From the IMG/VR virus record IMGVR_UViG_3300006467_000431: a stretch of 64,000 bases of DNA; one strand, written 5' to 3'. The notes under the pieces are model-generated. The model saw only the letters and a program-made list of their open reading frames with translations, was not told the origin of the DNA and searched no databases. Shown piece after piece: positions 45,768 to 55,295 of the stretch; within the stretch, counting starts at the first letter, position 1, and each line of letters opens with the position of its first letter. The position numbers were made by a program, and so were the translations under genes. This stretch comes from an uncultured virus (IMG/VR IMGVR_UViG_3300006467_000431) (Duplodnaviria; Heunggongvirae; Uroviricota; Caudoviricetes).

Positions 45768-48700
45768 AGGCATGGCGCTCTCATCGAGGCCTTCGGGGAA
45801 GTCTTGAGGTTCTGGCGTCTCGCCGAACCAGGGGTCTTCGAGAGCCTCTCCGTCGCCAGGCATCCGGATGGCGTCGTGGCGCTGCGTCAGTCGCTCGACA
45901 GTCTCGAAGAGCTCGGGGTCGATCTGGAACACGGCGTTGTCGAAGATGGTGGTCTTCATGACGATGCCATTGGGATGCTCGGTGCGGATCTGCATTCGAC
46001 ATCCGCTCTTGGCATCGGACCGGTAGCGGGACAGCAGCTCGAACAGCTCGCTCATCCGTTCGCTGTCCTTCAGGTCGTCGGATGTGAGGTTGATTTCGAT
46101 GCCCTTGGCCATCTTGATGCGCATCTCGGCGAGAGTCTGCAGGTTGGTGATGCGCAGGCGACCCTCGGCACCATCACGGTCCATGACGCCCTGTACGCGG
46201 ACGCACATGCCCTTCACGACGTGGACCTTGTACTTCTCCCACTCGGCGGGCGGCAGAGCGACCTCGGTGATTCCAGCTCGGTCTGAGAGCGAGAAGAAGG
46301 TCATCTTGTCGCCCCGTCGCGTCTTGATGGTGTGAATCTTGATGATGACTCCCGCGAGGGTCACCGTGTTGTTCTTCTTGCAGTTCACCATGTCGGTGGT
46401 CAGCATAGTCTTTGCACGGCTCTCGACGTCGAGGAAGCGGTCGAGGGGATGACCGGAGAGCCAGATGCCGAGGGCGTCCGCCTCACGGTCCAGGCGCTCG
46501 GTGTAGGTCCAGCGCATGGGCTTGAGCTCGGCTTCCTGGATGGCTTGATGCTCTTCGTCGCGCTCTCCCATGGTCCGGTTGTCGAGCAGTCCGATCTGGT
46601 CTGGATCATCGCGCTTCTTCAGGAGGCTCTTGATCTTGGGCCGTTCCAGCATCCACCAGGTCTCGAAACGGTCGGGATGGAGCTCGTCGAGAGCTCCTGA
46701 GCAGATGAGCGCCTGCATCACGGTCTTGTTGGCGGTGGTGCGCACGGCAATGTCGTCGAGGGAGGTGAAGGGGCGTTGTTGCCGTGCTTCGAGGATGGAC
46801 TCGAGAGCGGAACCGCCGATCCCCTTCACGGCTTCGAGGCCGTACCGAATGGCCTCTCTGTCGGGGGCGGCCGGGTGCGTCTCGACCCGGAAGCGACGAC
46901 CGCTCTTGTTGACGTCTGGCGGCAACACGGGGATGCCGGCCTGGATGCAGTCGCTGGTGTAGGCGACAAGCTTTTCGCGCTTGGAAGCTTCGAAGCTCAT
47001 TGCGGCCGCCATCAGGTGGGCTCGGTAGTGGGCCTTCATCCATGCGGTGGCGTAGGTGATGATTCCGTAGGCTGCACTGTGGCTCTTGTTGAATCCATAC
47101 CCAGCGAATTTGTCGATGAGGTCGAAGATGTAGGTGGCCTTGTCCTCGTCAATGTCATTGGTTCTGGCGCAGCCCTCGACGAACTTCTTGCGTTGCTTGT
47201 CCATCTCGGCCTGTTTCTTCTTGCCCATGGCTCGACGCAGTAGGTCAGCCTCGCCCAGATCGAAGCCGGCGAGCACCTGAGCGGCCTTCATCACCTGCTC
47301 CTGGAAGACGAAGACGCCGTAGGTGGGCTCGAGCACTTCTTTGAGGAGAGGATGGGGGTAGCGTGGCTTCTCGCGGCCGTGCTTGCACTCGACGTACTGA
47401 TCGACCATCCCACCTTCGAGAGGTCCAGGACGGTAGAGAGCAGAGATGGCGACGATGTCGTCCATGTGGTTGGTCTGCATGCGTCGACAGAGGTTCTGCA
47501 TGCCGTCGCTCTCGAGCTGGAAGAGACCGAGGGTGTCGCCGGCTGCCAGGAGCTCGAACACCTTGGCGTCATCGAAGAGGGGCTGGATGGGCTCGGGGCT
47601 CTTGCCGGTCTTGGCCTGGACGGAGGCACGAGCTTCATCGATGATGTCGAGAGTCTTCAGTCCGAGGAAGTCGAACTTGACGAGCCCCATCTTCTCGGAG
47701 GCGTTCATCTCGAGGCCGGTGGTGGACTTCCATCGGCCGTCGGAACCCTGGACGTAGTGGGTGGGGATGAAGTGGGAGATCTCCTTGCTCGTGATGATGA
47801 CGCCGGCTGCATGGATTCCCGTCTGACGGGGGCGGCGTTCGATCTGCGTGGCGAAGGAGGCGACGGTCCGGAACTTGCTGTCGTACTCGAACATGTTGGA
47901 GAGGAGCGGGCTGTCTTGGATGGAGGCCTCGAGCTTGGCCTTTGGGTCTTCGGGGATCTGTTTGCTCCACCGGTCGGCATCGAGGAAGTGCACGCCACAT
48001 GCCCTGGCGCACTCCTTGAGCGTGGCCTTGGCCTTCATGGTGCCGATGGTCAAGATCTGCCCGACACACTCGTCGCCGTACTTGTCCTGGACGTGGGTGA
48101 TGACCTCTTCGCGTCGCTCTTGCTCGAAGTCGACGTCGATGTCGGGCATCGACACGCGGCGCGGGTTGAGGAATCGCTCGAACATGAGCCCGAACTGGCG
48201 AGGGTTGACGTCGGTGATCCGCATCGCCCACACGGCGACGGACCCGGCTGCACTTCCCCGGCCTGGACCGACGGAGATGCCATTGTCCTTCGCCCAGTTG
48301 ATGAACTCGGCCACGATGAGGTGATAGGCCGGGAACTTCATCCTCTGGATGACTTCGAGTTCCATCCGCAGGGCTTCGAAGTACTCCTCACGGGTTCCGA
48401 ACTGGAAGTAGGCTTCTTCCTCTTCAAGGCGCACCTCGAGGCCGGTGTGGGTGTACCAGGAGAAGTAGCTGTCGACGATGTCCCAGCCATCTGGATCTGA
48501 GGCTGGAGGGGCGCATGGACGTCCATCGAAGGCACCAGGTGGAGGGAAGCTGTCGACGAGCCAGTTCCACTGCTCTTGGCGCGTCGTGCACTCGGGAGGC
48601 GGCGTGCTGTTGGGCAGGAAGGTGCCCCCCAGGTCAGGCACGTACTGGCAACGCTCCGCGACTTCCATGGATCGCTCGATGGATGTGGCATCGAAGAGCT

Positions 48701-49538
48701 GCCGCATCTCTTCAGCGTCCTTGACGTAGGCTTGGTCGGTGGCATGGACGAAGGGGCTGTCGGTGTCGAAGGGGTTGTGTCCGACGGCGATGCTGCGGAG
48801 CACGTTGTACATCGGTGCATTGAAGCACTCGGTGTAGCGGCAGCTGTTGGTGGCGATGGTGGGTAGGTTTCGGATCTTGGCGGCTTGCTGGACACGAGCG
48901 TTTCGGCCCTCGTCCTCGTCGAGACCCCAGTCGATGAGCTCGAGGTACAGGCTTCCCTCGAAGGCGTGCATGAGCTGATTGATGGCGATGTCGAGCTCGT
49001 TGTTGTCGAGCATCCCGAAGGGGCCATGTTCACCCGAGGTGAGGCAGATCAAGCCCTCGGACATCTCGGCGAGCTGCTCGGGAGAGATGACGGGGGCGTA
49101 GTGGCGCTGACGATGGGCCTTCGAGATCAGCGCACAGAGGTTGCGGTAGCCGACCTCGTTTTCGATGAGCAGCACGAGGTGGTAGTGGGGCGTGAGGTTG
49201 CCCGTAGGCTCCGGCTTAGGAGGTTCTTCAGCGGAGGAGCTGGTCATCCCGAATAGCGAGAGCTGATCGAGAACAACCTTGGCCTTCTTCGTCTTCTTGG
49301 GCTGGGCTGGGATCGCCATCTCCGGGTGACCAATCCACAGCTCACAGCCGAAGACGGGATGTACCCCTTCGTCCTTGGCGGCGTTGTAGAACTCGACGAG
49401 GCCGCATAGATTCGCCGAGTCGGTCATTGCAACCGACGACATGCCTGCCTTCTTCGTGGCGTCGACAAGCTCCTTGGGGCTCATGGCGCCGTCGAGGAAG
49501 GTGAAGTGTGTTCGGTTGTGGAGGTGAACGAAGCTCAT
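45765..49538 (-). CDS. dnaE: DNA polymerase III alpha subunit
   Basis: FVHLH PHP start, GPGRGSAAGS, SMPDIDVDF, KFDFLGL, FNKSHSAAY, OB-fold C-terminus. Confidence 0.95.
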   Translation of the reverse strand: MSFVHLHNRTHFTFLDGAMSPKELVDATKKAGMSSVAMTDSANLCGLVEFYNAAKDEGVHPVFGCELWIGHPEMAIPAQPKKTKKAKVVLDQLSLFGMTSSSAEEPPKPEPTGNLTPHYHLVLLIENEVGYRNLCALISKAHRQRHYAPVISPEQLAEMSEGLICLTSGEHGPFGMLDNNELDIAINQLMHAFEGSLYLELIDWGLDEDEGRNARVQQAAKIRNLPTIATNSCRYTECFNAPMYNVLRSIAVGHNPFDTDSPFVHATDQAYVKDAEEMRQLFDATSIERSMEVAERCQYVPDLGGTFLPNSTPPPECTTRQEQWNWLVDSFPPPGAFDGRPCAPPASDPDGWDIVDSYFSWYTHTGLEVRLEEEEAYFQFGTREEYFEALRMELEVIQRMKFPAYHLIVAEFINWAKDNGISVGPGRGSAAGSVAVWAMRITDVNPRQFGLMFERFLNPRRVSMPDIDVDFEQERREEVITHVQDKYGDECVGQILTIGTMKAKATLKECARACGVHFLDADRWSKQIPEDPKAKLEASIQDSPLLSNMFEYDSKFRTVASFATQIERRPRQTGIHAAGVIITSKEISHFIPTHYVQGSDGRWKSTTGLEMNASEKMGLVKFDFLGLKTLDIIDEARASVQAKTGKSPEPIQPLFDDAKVFELLAAGDTLGLFQLESDGMQNLCRRMQTNHMDDIVAISALYRPGPLEGGMVDQYVECKHGREKPRYPHPLLKEVLEPTYGVFVFQEQVMKAAQVLAGFDLGEADLLRRAMGKKKQAEMDKQRKKFVEGCARTNDIDEDKATYIFDLIDKFAGYGFNKSHSAAYGIITYATAWMKAHYRAHLMAAAMSFEASKREKLVAYTSDCIQAGIPVLPPDVNKSGRRFRVETHPAAPDREAIRYGLEAVKGIGGSALESILEARQQRPFTSLDDIAVRTTANKTVMQALICSGALDELHPDRFETWWMLERPKIKSLLKKRDDPDQIGLLDNRTMGERDEEHQAIQEAELKPMRWTYTERLDREADALGIWLSGHPLDRFLDVESRAKTMLTTDMVNCKKNNTVTLAGVIIKIHTIKTRRGDKMTFFSLSDRAGITEVALPPAEWEKYKVHVVKGMCVRVQGVMDRDGAEGRLRITNLQTLAEMRIKMAKGIEINLTSDDLKDSERMSELFELLSRYRSDAKSGCRMQIRTEHPNGIVMKTTIFDNAVFQIDPELFETVERLTQRHDAIRMPGDGEALEDPWFGETPEPQDFPEGLDESAMP

Positions 49539-49553
49539 GGACTGGCATTGTAA

Positions 49554-49570
49554 TGCCACAGTCCGTGTCA
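49554..49570. promoter_or_regulatory. Operator variant TGCCAC-AGTCC-GTGTCA next to -10 TACAAT of dnaE
   Basis: One mismatch to consensus; minus strand reads ..gtggcat TACAAT gccagtcc ATG. Confidence 0.6.
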
Positions 49571-49615
49571 CGCCAGTGTCTCGTCCTGTGTCGCGCCAGC
49601 GTCGTTCTGTATTCT

Positions 49616-50110
49616 CTACGGGGCCGGCACCGCTCCCTGGGAGAAGACCAGCACGACCTTCCCGGGAGTCATGGATACAGGCTTGGAGGTAACCGAGACG
49701 TTGTTCATCCCTGCGGCCTGCAGCGCCCATCCGGCGCTCTTCTGGATGAAGCCGTGGGGGTCGTGCGCATCGATGCTCAGCTGGGCGTACTTGGCGCCAC
49801 GAGGGTCTTGACCTCCACGCACGTCGTAGGAGCTGATGTAGGGGAAGGCGTTCTTGACCCGGGCCATGAAGCTCTGCACAGCGGCATCGACGCTCGGAGG
49901 AATGGTGGTCTCTGGAGCGTTGGGGTCGGCGACGAACAGAGGCTCGTCGTCGAACTCTGGGATGTTGTTCGGGTCGAAAGGATCTTCGCCGAACATGTCG
50001 GTGGCGACGATGTCACCCAAGTCCTTCGAGTTCGGTGCGATTCCAGTTCGGCGTCCGTAGCCGGGAACGCCTCCGTAGCGATGCTGGTACATGGCGTTGA
50101 CAGCGCTCAT
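49616..50110 (-). CDS. Small protein with VNAMxxHRYG N-terminal motif
   Basis: GAGG RBS; HRYGG, GYG, DMFG. Confidence 0.7.
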   Translation of the reverse strand: MSAVNAMYQHRYGGVPGYGRRTGIAPNSKDLGDIVATDMFGEDPFDPNNIPEFDDEPLFVADPNAPETTIPPSVDAAVQSFMARVKNAFPYISSYDVRGGQDPRGAKYAQLSIDAHDPHGFIQKSAGWALQAAGMNNVSVTSKPVSMTPGKVVLVFSQGAVPAP

Positions 50111-50159
50111 TGTGTCCTCTTCAGCAGCGCAGTGCACTGACGTTGGAAGGTCTGGTAGA

Positions 50160-50696
50160 TCATGCGAGACCGGCCTGCTTGCGGATCAGCTGATCACGCT
50201 TGGCACCGAGATGCTGCAGCGTCTGGTATTCGGAGCTTCCGGGCTGGAGCCCAGCAGCCTGGAGGATAGCGAAGGCCTGGTTCTCGAGAGCGCTGACTTG
50301 AGGGCTGTTGGGGGGAACGCCTTGCTTGATGAGGGCGTCGCGCTGGCTGTTGAGGGAGATCAGCTTCGGTCCCTTCGTGGCGACGGCCCACCCGAGGATG
50401 CGCTTGACGATCTTCATGACCTGGGTGTTGATGGCCTCGATCCTGGCGCTGATCGGATCGGCACCGTACTGCACGCCGTGCCAGGCTGCTTCCCAAGATC
50501 CGGGCTCGGCGCCGTATCCTTGGACCATCTCGGCTCGGGAGAGGGTTGCGCCGTATCCCTCGACCATATCGGCCCGAGAGAGCGATCCAAAGCCTTCTGG
50601 GCCACCATGTGGCTTGGGGGCTTGGGCGGGAGGTGGAGCCTCCTCGCGATCCGCCCAGATGGCGGCGAGGAGAAGGGCGACGGGAAGTGCGTACAT
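50160..50696 (-). CDS. N-anchored protein with FG/YG repeats
   Basis: EGFG-SLSRADMVEGYG-ATLSRAEMVQGYG..VQYG. Confidence 0.7.
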   Translation of the reverse strand: MYALPVALLLAAIWADREEAPPPAQAPKPHGGPEGFGSLSRADMVEGYGATLSRAEMVQGYGAEPGSWEAAWHGVQYGADPISARIEAINTQVMKIVKRILGWAVATKGPKLISLNSQRDALIKQGVPPNSPQVSALENQAFAILQAAGLQPGSSEYQTLQHLGAKRDQLIRKQAGLA

Positions 50697-50746
50697 GAGG
50701 ACACCGTGATGCTGCCTTGGCAGTATATCGGGTCAGCGGCGACTCT

Positions 50747-51355
50747 TCATGGATGTGCTTCGTAGTCGAGCAGTCGAATCCTTCCCTGGTGGATGCCCCA
50801 GTTGAAGTAGGGGACGTCTCGGGCTCTGGATCGTCCCTGGAACAGGAGGTCTCCCCACTTCTGATTTCGCTGGCGGAAGCGTCGATCAAGCGCGTCGGGA
50901 AGTTCGAGTCCGAGGGGCTTTGCGTAGTCCATGAGGATGAAGTGTTCGTTCCCAGCGTGGATGGGGACGAGGAAGTCGAGGACTTGCCGGTCGGACTGGG
51001 CGCTGTTCCAGGTCTCGAGCTCGGCGAGGTTGGAGGCTCGGCCGTCAGGGTCAAGGGCGAGCTTGAGGACGCGGCCGTCGGGGATGCGAACAGCGATGCG
51101 GTTCGTCCCGGTGTCGAGCCATCGGGTGTTCGTAGTGGTGTTCCACCACTCGATGACCTCGTCGGGCACCGACCAGTCGGCGAGGTAGAAGTCCTGGTCA
51201 GGATCGAGCTGCTCTCCATGGGCCTGGACGATGCGCTGCTTGAGCTGCTCGAGGTGCTGAAGCGCCAGGTCGAGCCCAGATGTTCTGGGGGGCTCTTCGG
51301 CTTGATCTGCAGCGACGGCGCCGATGAGGGTGGCGATGGCGATGACTTCGAGCAT
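50747..51355 (-). CDS. N-anchored protein-kinase-like protein
   Basis: GTNRIAV, VLKLA, NLAE, DVPYFNWG, LLDY in kinase-fold order. Confidence 0.55.
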   Translation of the reverse strand: MLEVIAIATLIGAVAADQAEEPPRTSGLDLALQHLEQLKQRIVQAHGEQLDPDQDFYLADWSVPDEVIEWWNTTTNTRWLDTGTNRIAVRIPDGRVLKLALDPDGRASNLAELETWNSAQSDRQVLDFLVPIHAGNEHFILMDYAKPLGLELPDALDRRFRQRNQKWGDLLFQGRSRARDVPYFNWGIHQGRIRLLDYEAHP

Positions 51356-51363
51356 TCGAGACC

Positions 51364-51627
51364 CTAACCTGGGGGCTGGATGGGGCGGATCAAGTCCGGC
51401 GCGACCTTCCGTGTTGGCCAGAGACAGCGCAGCTCGGTGGTGCTGATGCGCAAGACCTCGCGTCCTCGAAAACGTTGGGCTTCCGTATCGGCCTCTTCGA
51501 GTTCCTCGAAACGCTGGGTGTAGCTCCCCACGTTGCGGAGCTCGTGGATCTGCGTGACGACCATGGGTCGCCATTGGCCGTCTCGCCAGTCCTTCCATTC
51601 GAAGACATCTCCGGGTCGCAAGATCAT
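51364..51627 (-). CDS. Small hypothetical protein
   Basis: GAGG RBS; fits gap. Confidence 0.5.
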   Translation of the reverse strand: MILRPGDVFEWKDWRDGQWRPMVVTQIHELRNVGSYTQRFEELEEADTEAQRFRGREVLRISTTELRCLWPTRKVAPDLIRPIQPPG

Positions 51628-51681
51628 GGATGCCTCGAGGCTGGATGCGGGAAACCAAGGTCTCCCGCATCGTCTCACGCG

Positions 51682-52767
51682 TCAGGGGACGAAGGGGTGC
51701 TCTTCGTGGTCGCCCTGGTCTTCGACGACGACTTCGAGCACGGAGAAGAGTCCATCGGTAGGGGCCGTCCACAGTGCGTGGTTCACGACGAAGAGGCGTC
51801 GATGATGGAAGGCGAGTCCGGCGGGCTGAGCGAAGGGGATAGAGCTTCCGTTGGGGCCGCTGATCCGGTAGCGCTCTGCGACCTCGAGGGTGGCGGCTTC
51901 GGGGTCTTCGATGTCCAGGACGCTCACGGCGTTGTGGCCGGCGAGGGTGACGTAGAGATCACCCCGGCGCGTGAAGGCGATCTCATCGGCGTAGGCACCG
52001 ACATCGTAGGTCCAGACCGTCTGCAGGTCGGACATCGAAGGCGTGTCGACGTAGGGGATCCGGAAGATCTTGCCGGGGCTCGGGATCTCGAACTCACTGG
52101 TGGCATCACCGCCGGTGTAGGCGAGGTACACCCACTCTCGATCGGGAGAGAAGCGGAGGCCGTTGGCGCCAAGCTGCGAGGCTCCGAGGGGAGCGAGCTC
52201 CATGTTGGGTCCATACCAGACCTCGGGAACCCCGCCACCGGCCGGTACCTTCCAGATCAAGGCCTGCAGGGAGTCCGACACCAGCAGGTTGCCGTCTTCG
52301 TCGAAGGCCATGGAGTTGGGGAGGGGAGGGATCGTCCCAGAGCCATCGGGGAGGGGGAGTCCCAGAGAAGGCCATGCCGTGGCGTAGGTCTCCTGGGTCC
52401 AGGTGTTGCCGGCCTTGGAGAACTTGAGGATGCCGAAGTTGGTCGATCCGACAGCGATCGCGTAGAGATGACCCTGGGAATCGACAGCGAGTCCAGACAG
52501 GGCATGTTCAGCCTCGAGCGCCTCGCCTTGGACGGTGATCTGCTCTTCGAGGTTGCCGTTGCCCTGGTTGTAGACGTAGATCTGGCTCGGTCCGGTTCCG
52601 GCGGTACCGAACCGAGACGGCGTCGTCACGTAGACGTGGCCCCGATCGATGACGATGGCTTCGGGGTAGCCAGGCTCTTCGGGCACGACGGCGAACACCG
52701 ATCCATCACCGACCTGTGGGCAGGTCGCGAATGCAGAGACGATGAGAGTGAAAATCAACAGCAACAT
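51682..52767 (-). CDS. Secreted SMP-30/gluconolactonase-like beta-propeller
   Basis: Signal peptide; YPEAI, PNSMAFDEDGNLLVSDS, ANGLRFSPD, ADEIAF repeats. Confidence 0.8.
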   Translation of the reverse strand: MLLLIFTLIVSAFATCPQVGDGSVFAVVPEEPGYPEAIVIDRGHVYVTTPSRFGTAGTGPSQIYVYNQGNGNLEEQITVQGEALEAEHALSGLAVDSQGHLYAIAVGSTNFGILKFSKAGNTWTQETYATAWPSLGLPLPDGSGTIPPLPNSMAFDEDGNLLVSDSLQALIWKVPAGGGVPEVWYGPNMELAPLGASQLGANGLRFSPDREWVYLAYTGGDATSEFEIPSPGKIFRIPYVDTPSMSDLQTVWTYDVGAYADEIAFTRRGDLYVTLAGHNAVSVLDIEDPEAATLEVAERYRISGPNGSSIPFAQPAGLAFHHRRLFVVNHALWTAPTDGLFSVLEVVVEDQGDHEEHPFVP

Positions 52768-52864
52768 GAGGCCTCCTTGCCTGTATGTTTCAGACCCCAG
52801 ATGACGCGCTGGAGGAGACCGTGCAACCATGGTAGATCCTCGGATGGAGACAGCTGGAGAATCG

Positions 52865-53323
52865 ATGAAGACGCTCGGGCGATTGGTTCGGGAGATCACC
52901 GGAAAAGAACTGTCTTCTGTGCGTGTGGATGACTGGTTCTACCAGTATGCCCAGACCATCGAAGTGCCGACAGGTCCAGGCCGGAAGGAGTCGGTGATCC
53001 ACGAGGTCTGCCACTGGATCGTCGCCGAGGACTGGCAGCGGACCTCCGAGCACAACCTCGGATATGGCCACAGCAGCGACGGGGAGGCAGATCGAGATCC
53101 ACGCTGCACGCCGGCCATGATGGAGCACCAGGAGCGCTTGACGTGCCATTTGCAGCGAATGCTCTACCAGTTCGCGGGACGTACTTCTCCGTCGAGCTCA
53201 CCTTCGTGCCGAGGTTCGAGGGTGACCTACGTGATGAGTCCTGAAGACATCGAGCTCGTGCTTGAGAGGGCTGGACAGGTTGGATGGGGACCGCTGCTGG
53301 ATCTGGTCCGAGCGCGCCGCTGA
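52865..53323 (+). CDS. HExxH protein resembling EF-P hydroxylase (EpmC/YfcM-like) motif
   Basis: SVIHEVCHWIVA..R..NLGYG. Confidence 0.4.
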   Translation: MKTLGRLVREITGKELSSVRVDDWFYQYAQTIEVPTGPGRKESVIHEVCHWIVAEDWQRTSEHNLGYGHSSDGEADRDPRCTPAMMEHQERLTCHLQRMLYQFAGRTSPSSSPSCRGSRVTYVMSPEDIELVLERAGQVGWGPLLDLVRARR

Positions 53324-53324
53324 C

Positions 53325-53552
53325 TCATTCGTCGGTTGGGTAGGCCTTCAGGTGCTCCTTGACCACTTGGATCAGACTCAGGCAGCCAGGGCAGTTGACT
53401 GGCTCATCGGTCTCATCCCATCGAGTGTACGTATCGATGTATCCACAGAGGGTTTCCCAGCCAAGAACGCCAACATGAGGCCCATGCACCCACTTGTCGT
53501 CCCGTGCCGCGTGTATGTTGGTCTGCTTGGGGTTGGCCCGTCGATTCTTCAT
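53325..53552 (-). CDS. Small Cys/His protein
   Basis: H..TLCG..VNCPGC putative Zn-binding. Confidence 0.55.
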   Translation of the reverse strand: MKNRRANPKQTNIHAARDDKWVHGPHVGVLGWETLCGYIDTYTRWDETDEPVNCPGCLSLIQVVKEHLKAYPTDE

Positions 53553-53553
53553 T

Positions 53554-53772
53554 TCAGCGGTTCTTTCGGCGTGAACGCTTGGCGATCTTGTGCTTGATCT
53601 TGCGGCGCTTCCGAAGGGCTTTTCGGCTTCCGTCCGCTGTGTTCTCTTCGTGGTTCAGGCGTGCGGCGCGAGCACTGTTCATGCGCATGGCTGGAGGAGT
53701 GCTGTGTGTCGAGCCGAAGCGCATGTAGCGTCCGGTCCACGGGTTCCACCAGGTGTTGTTCTTGGTCTGCAT
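53554..53772 (-). CDS. Small basic protein
   Basis: TGATG coupling with upstream gene. Confidence 0.5.
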   Translation of the reverse strand: MQTKNNTWWNPWTGRYMRFGSTHSTPPAMRMNSARAARLNHEENTADGSRKALRKRRKIKHKIAKRSRRKNR

Positions 53773-54302
53773 CAGCGTCCGCTCGACATGGTGAGGGTGG
53801 CTGCCTTGAAGAGCGCATCCTGTGCCCGAATAGGCTTCATGTGAAGGCCTTGCAGGTGCATCGGGGGAAGGGTGGGGTGGATGCCGTCGAGAGCCCGGTT
53901 GATGTCTTCGGACAAGTCGAGGTCGACGCCGAACATGCGGGCTTCCTCGAGGACGGTGTTCGACAGCTCAGTGCTGAGCACGGCCCGTCGGTAGTCGGAC
54001 CCGCGAACGAAGAATCCGCCATTGGGGGGGAGCTCGAGGATGTGGATGACTTGATGGTCTTCGACGTACTCGGCACCCACCATGTGGGCCCGTCCATCCT
54101 CCACGAGGAGGCTACAGAAGGCGCAGACAGTGCCGGGCGCGTCGTAGTTGGGGGTCTCGAGCTGAAGGGACATGGGAGGGTCATCTGGAATGAAGAGTAC
54201 GACATCGAGGTAGGTGCCATCAGCAAGCTCCCCGGTGTGGGTCGGGTCCATGTACCCGAGCATGTAGTTCCAGATCTTGGTCCCCTGCAGCGTGCTTTCC
54301 AT
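53772..54302 (-). CDS. Hypothetical protein
   Basis: GGAGG RBS; downstream of operator-promoter. Confidence 0.65.
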   Translation of the reverse strand: MESTLQGTKIWNYMLGYMDPTHTGELADGTYLDVVLFIPDDPPMSLQLETPNYDAPGTVCAFCSLLVEDGRAHMVGAEYVEDHQVIHILELPPNGGFFVRGSDYRRAVLSTELSNTVLEEARMFGVDLDLSEDINRALDGIHPTLPPMHLQGLHMKPIRAQDALFKAATLTMSSGR

Positions 54303-54337
54303 CCTTCCCTCCAATCCTGTCTCTCAGGTATACACGG

Positions 54338-54354
54338 TGACACGGAGCGTGTCA
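54338..54354. promoter_or_regulatory. Operator TGACAC-GGAGC-GTGTCA within minus-strand promoter (TTGACA 54355-54350, TATACC)
   Basis: Identical 17-mer to 43674. Confidence 0.8.
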
Positions 54355-54388
54355 AACGATCGGGGGGCGGTGGTACGGGCTGATTCTA

Positions 54389-55240
54389 TCAGATGGGAGA
54401 CTCTCCGACGAGCTGCTCGATCTCGGACCAGTCGACGTGGCGGCCTTTCAGGCGGCTTGCGGAGCGGGTGATCTTGCTCTGGATGCGTCGGGCGCGTCCG
54501 GTGTCTCCGACGGTCTTGGCTCGCTTGTAGCGGCGCACCAGGCGTGCCAGGCGGCGCTCTCCGCCAGCCGATCGAATGAGCGACTGGGTACCCATCGAGG
54601 TGACGGTACCTACCGATGAGGCGATGATCGTGTTGACGATGAGGTCGAGGATCCCGAACTGCTCGTTGGCGCCATACTCGATGAATTCGCCTCGACTCAC
54701 CAGCGTGCGCAGAGCCTCGGCCATCGGATGGAGTGCCTCTTCCCGAGTGGGCGGCATCCCTTCCTTTGGGTAGAAGACGACCGCACAGACTCCCACCGAG
54801 CCGAGCTTCGGGTGGGACCAGCGAGCCGGGTAGGCCACCATTCCGACCTCGTAGCTCTCGGCAAGTGTGCTGGCGATGCGCTTCAGGTAGGCAGGGTCGG
54901 GCAATGCCTTGTGCAGCCGTTGGTCGCAGGGCATCACGATGGAGGACCAGCCACGCTGGTGGTTGGTGAGCGTGCGCCGGGCGATGGAGGCCATCGCACT
55001 GGCCATGCGTGCATCGCTCTGGGCCGCGATCTCGTCGACGTAGGCGTCCATCACCTCACGGATGTCGACGGCCTCCTGTGGCGTTGGGAGAGCGACGTGA
55101 GGAGGTACTTGCTCAGGATGCGTGGCCGGTGGAGGGGCTACTGGCTGCTGGGGGAGCCGAGTCACTTCGTGGTCACCCGTGTCGATGGCACTGATGGCGG
55201 CCATTGCACCGAGGCTTCCGATCAAGATGGGGAGGAACAT
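54389..55240 (-). CDS. N-anchored protein with C-terminal FG-amphipathic/basic module
   Basis: MFLPILIGSLG start; EYGANEQFG-ILDLIV then RAKTVGDTGRARRIQSK. Confidence 0.7.
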   Translation of the reverse strand: MFLPILIGSLGAMAAISAIDTGDHEVTRLPQQPVAPPPATHPEQVPPHVALPTPQEAVDIREVMDAYVDEIAAQSDARMASAMASIARRTLTNHQRGWSSIVMPCDQRLHKALPDPAYLKRIASTLAESYEVGMVAYPARWSHPKLGSVGVCAVVFYPKEGMPPTREEALHPMAEALRTLVSRGEFIEYGANEQFGILDLIVNTIIASSVGTVTSMGTQSLIRSAGGERRLARLVRRYKRAKTVGDTGRARRIQSKITRSASRLKGRHVDWSEIEQLVGESPI

Positions 55241-55295
55241 GGCGACGTCCTTCAATGCTGCTGGTCCACAGCATAACGGAGGGGGGTCCGTCGCC

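Noticed and set aside
49539..49730. N-terminal extension of DnaE given by the ORF track
   Set aside because: Family alignment begins at MSFVHLH (49538); the extension overlaps the promoter/operator and another gene.
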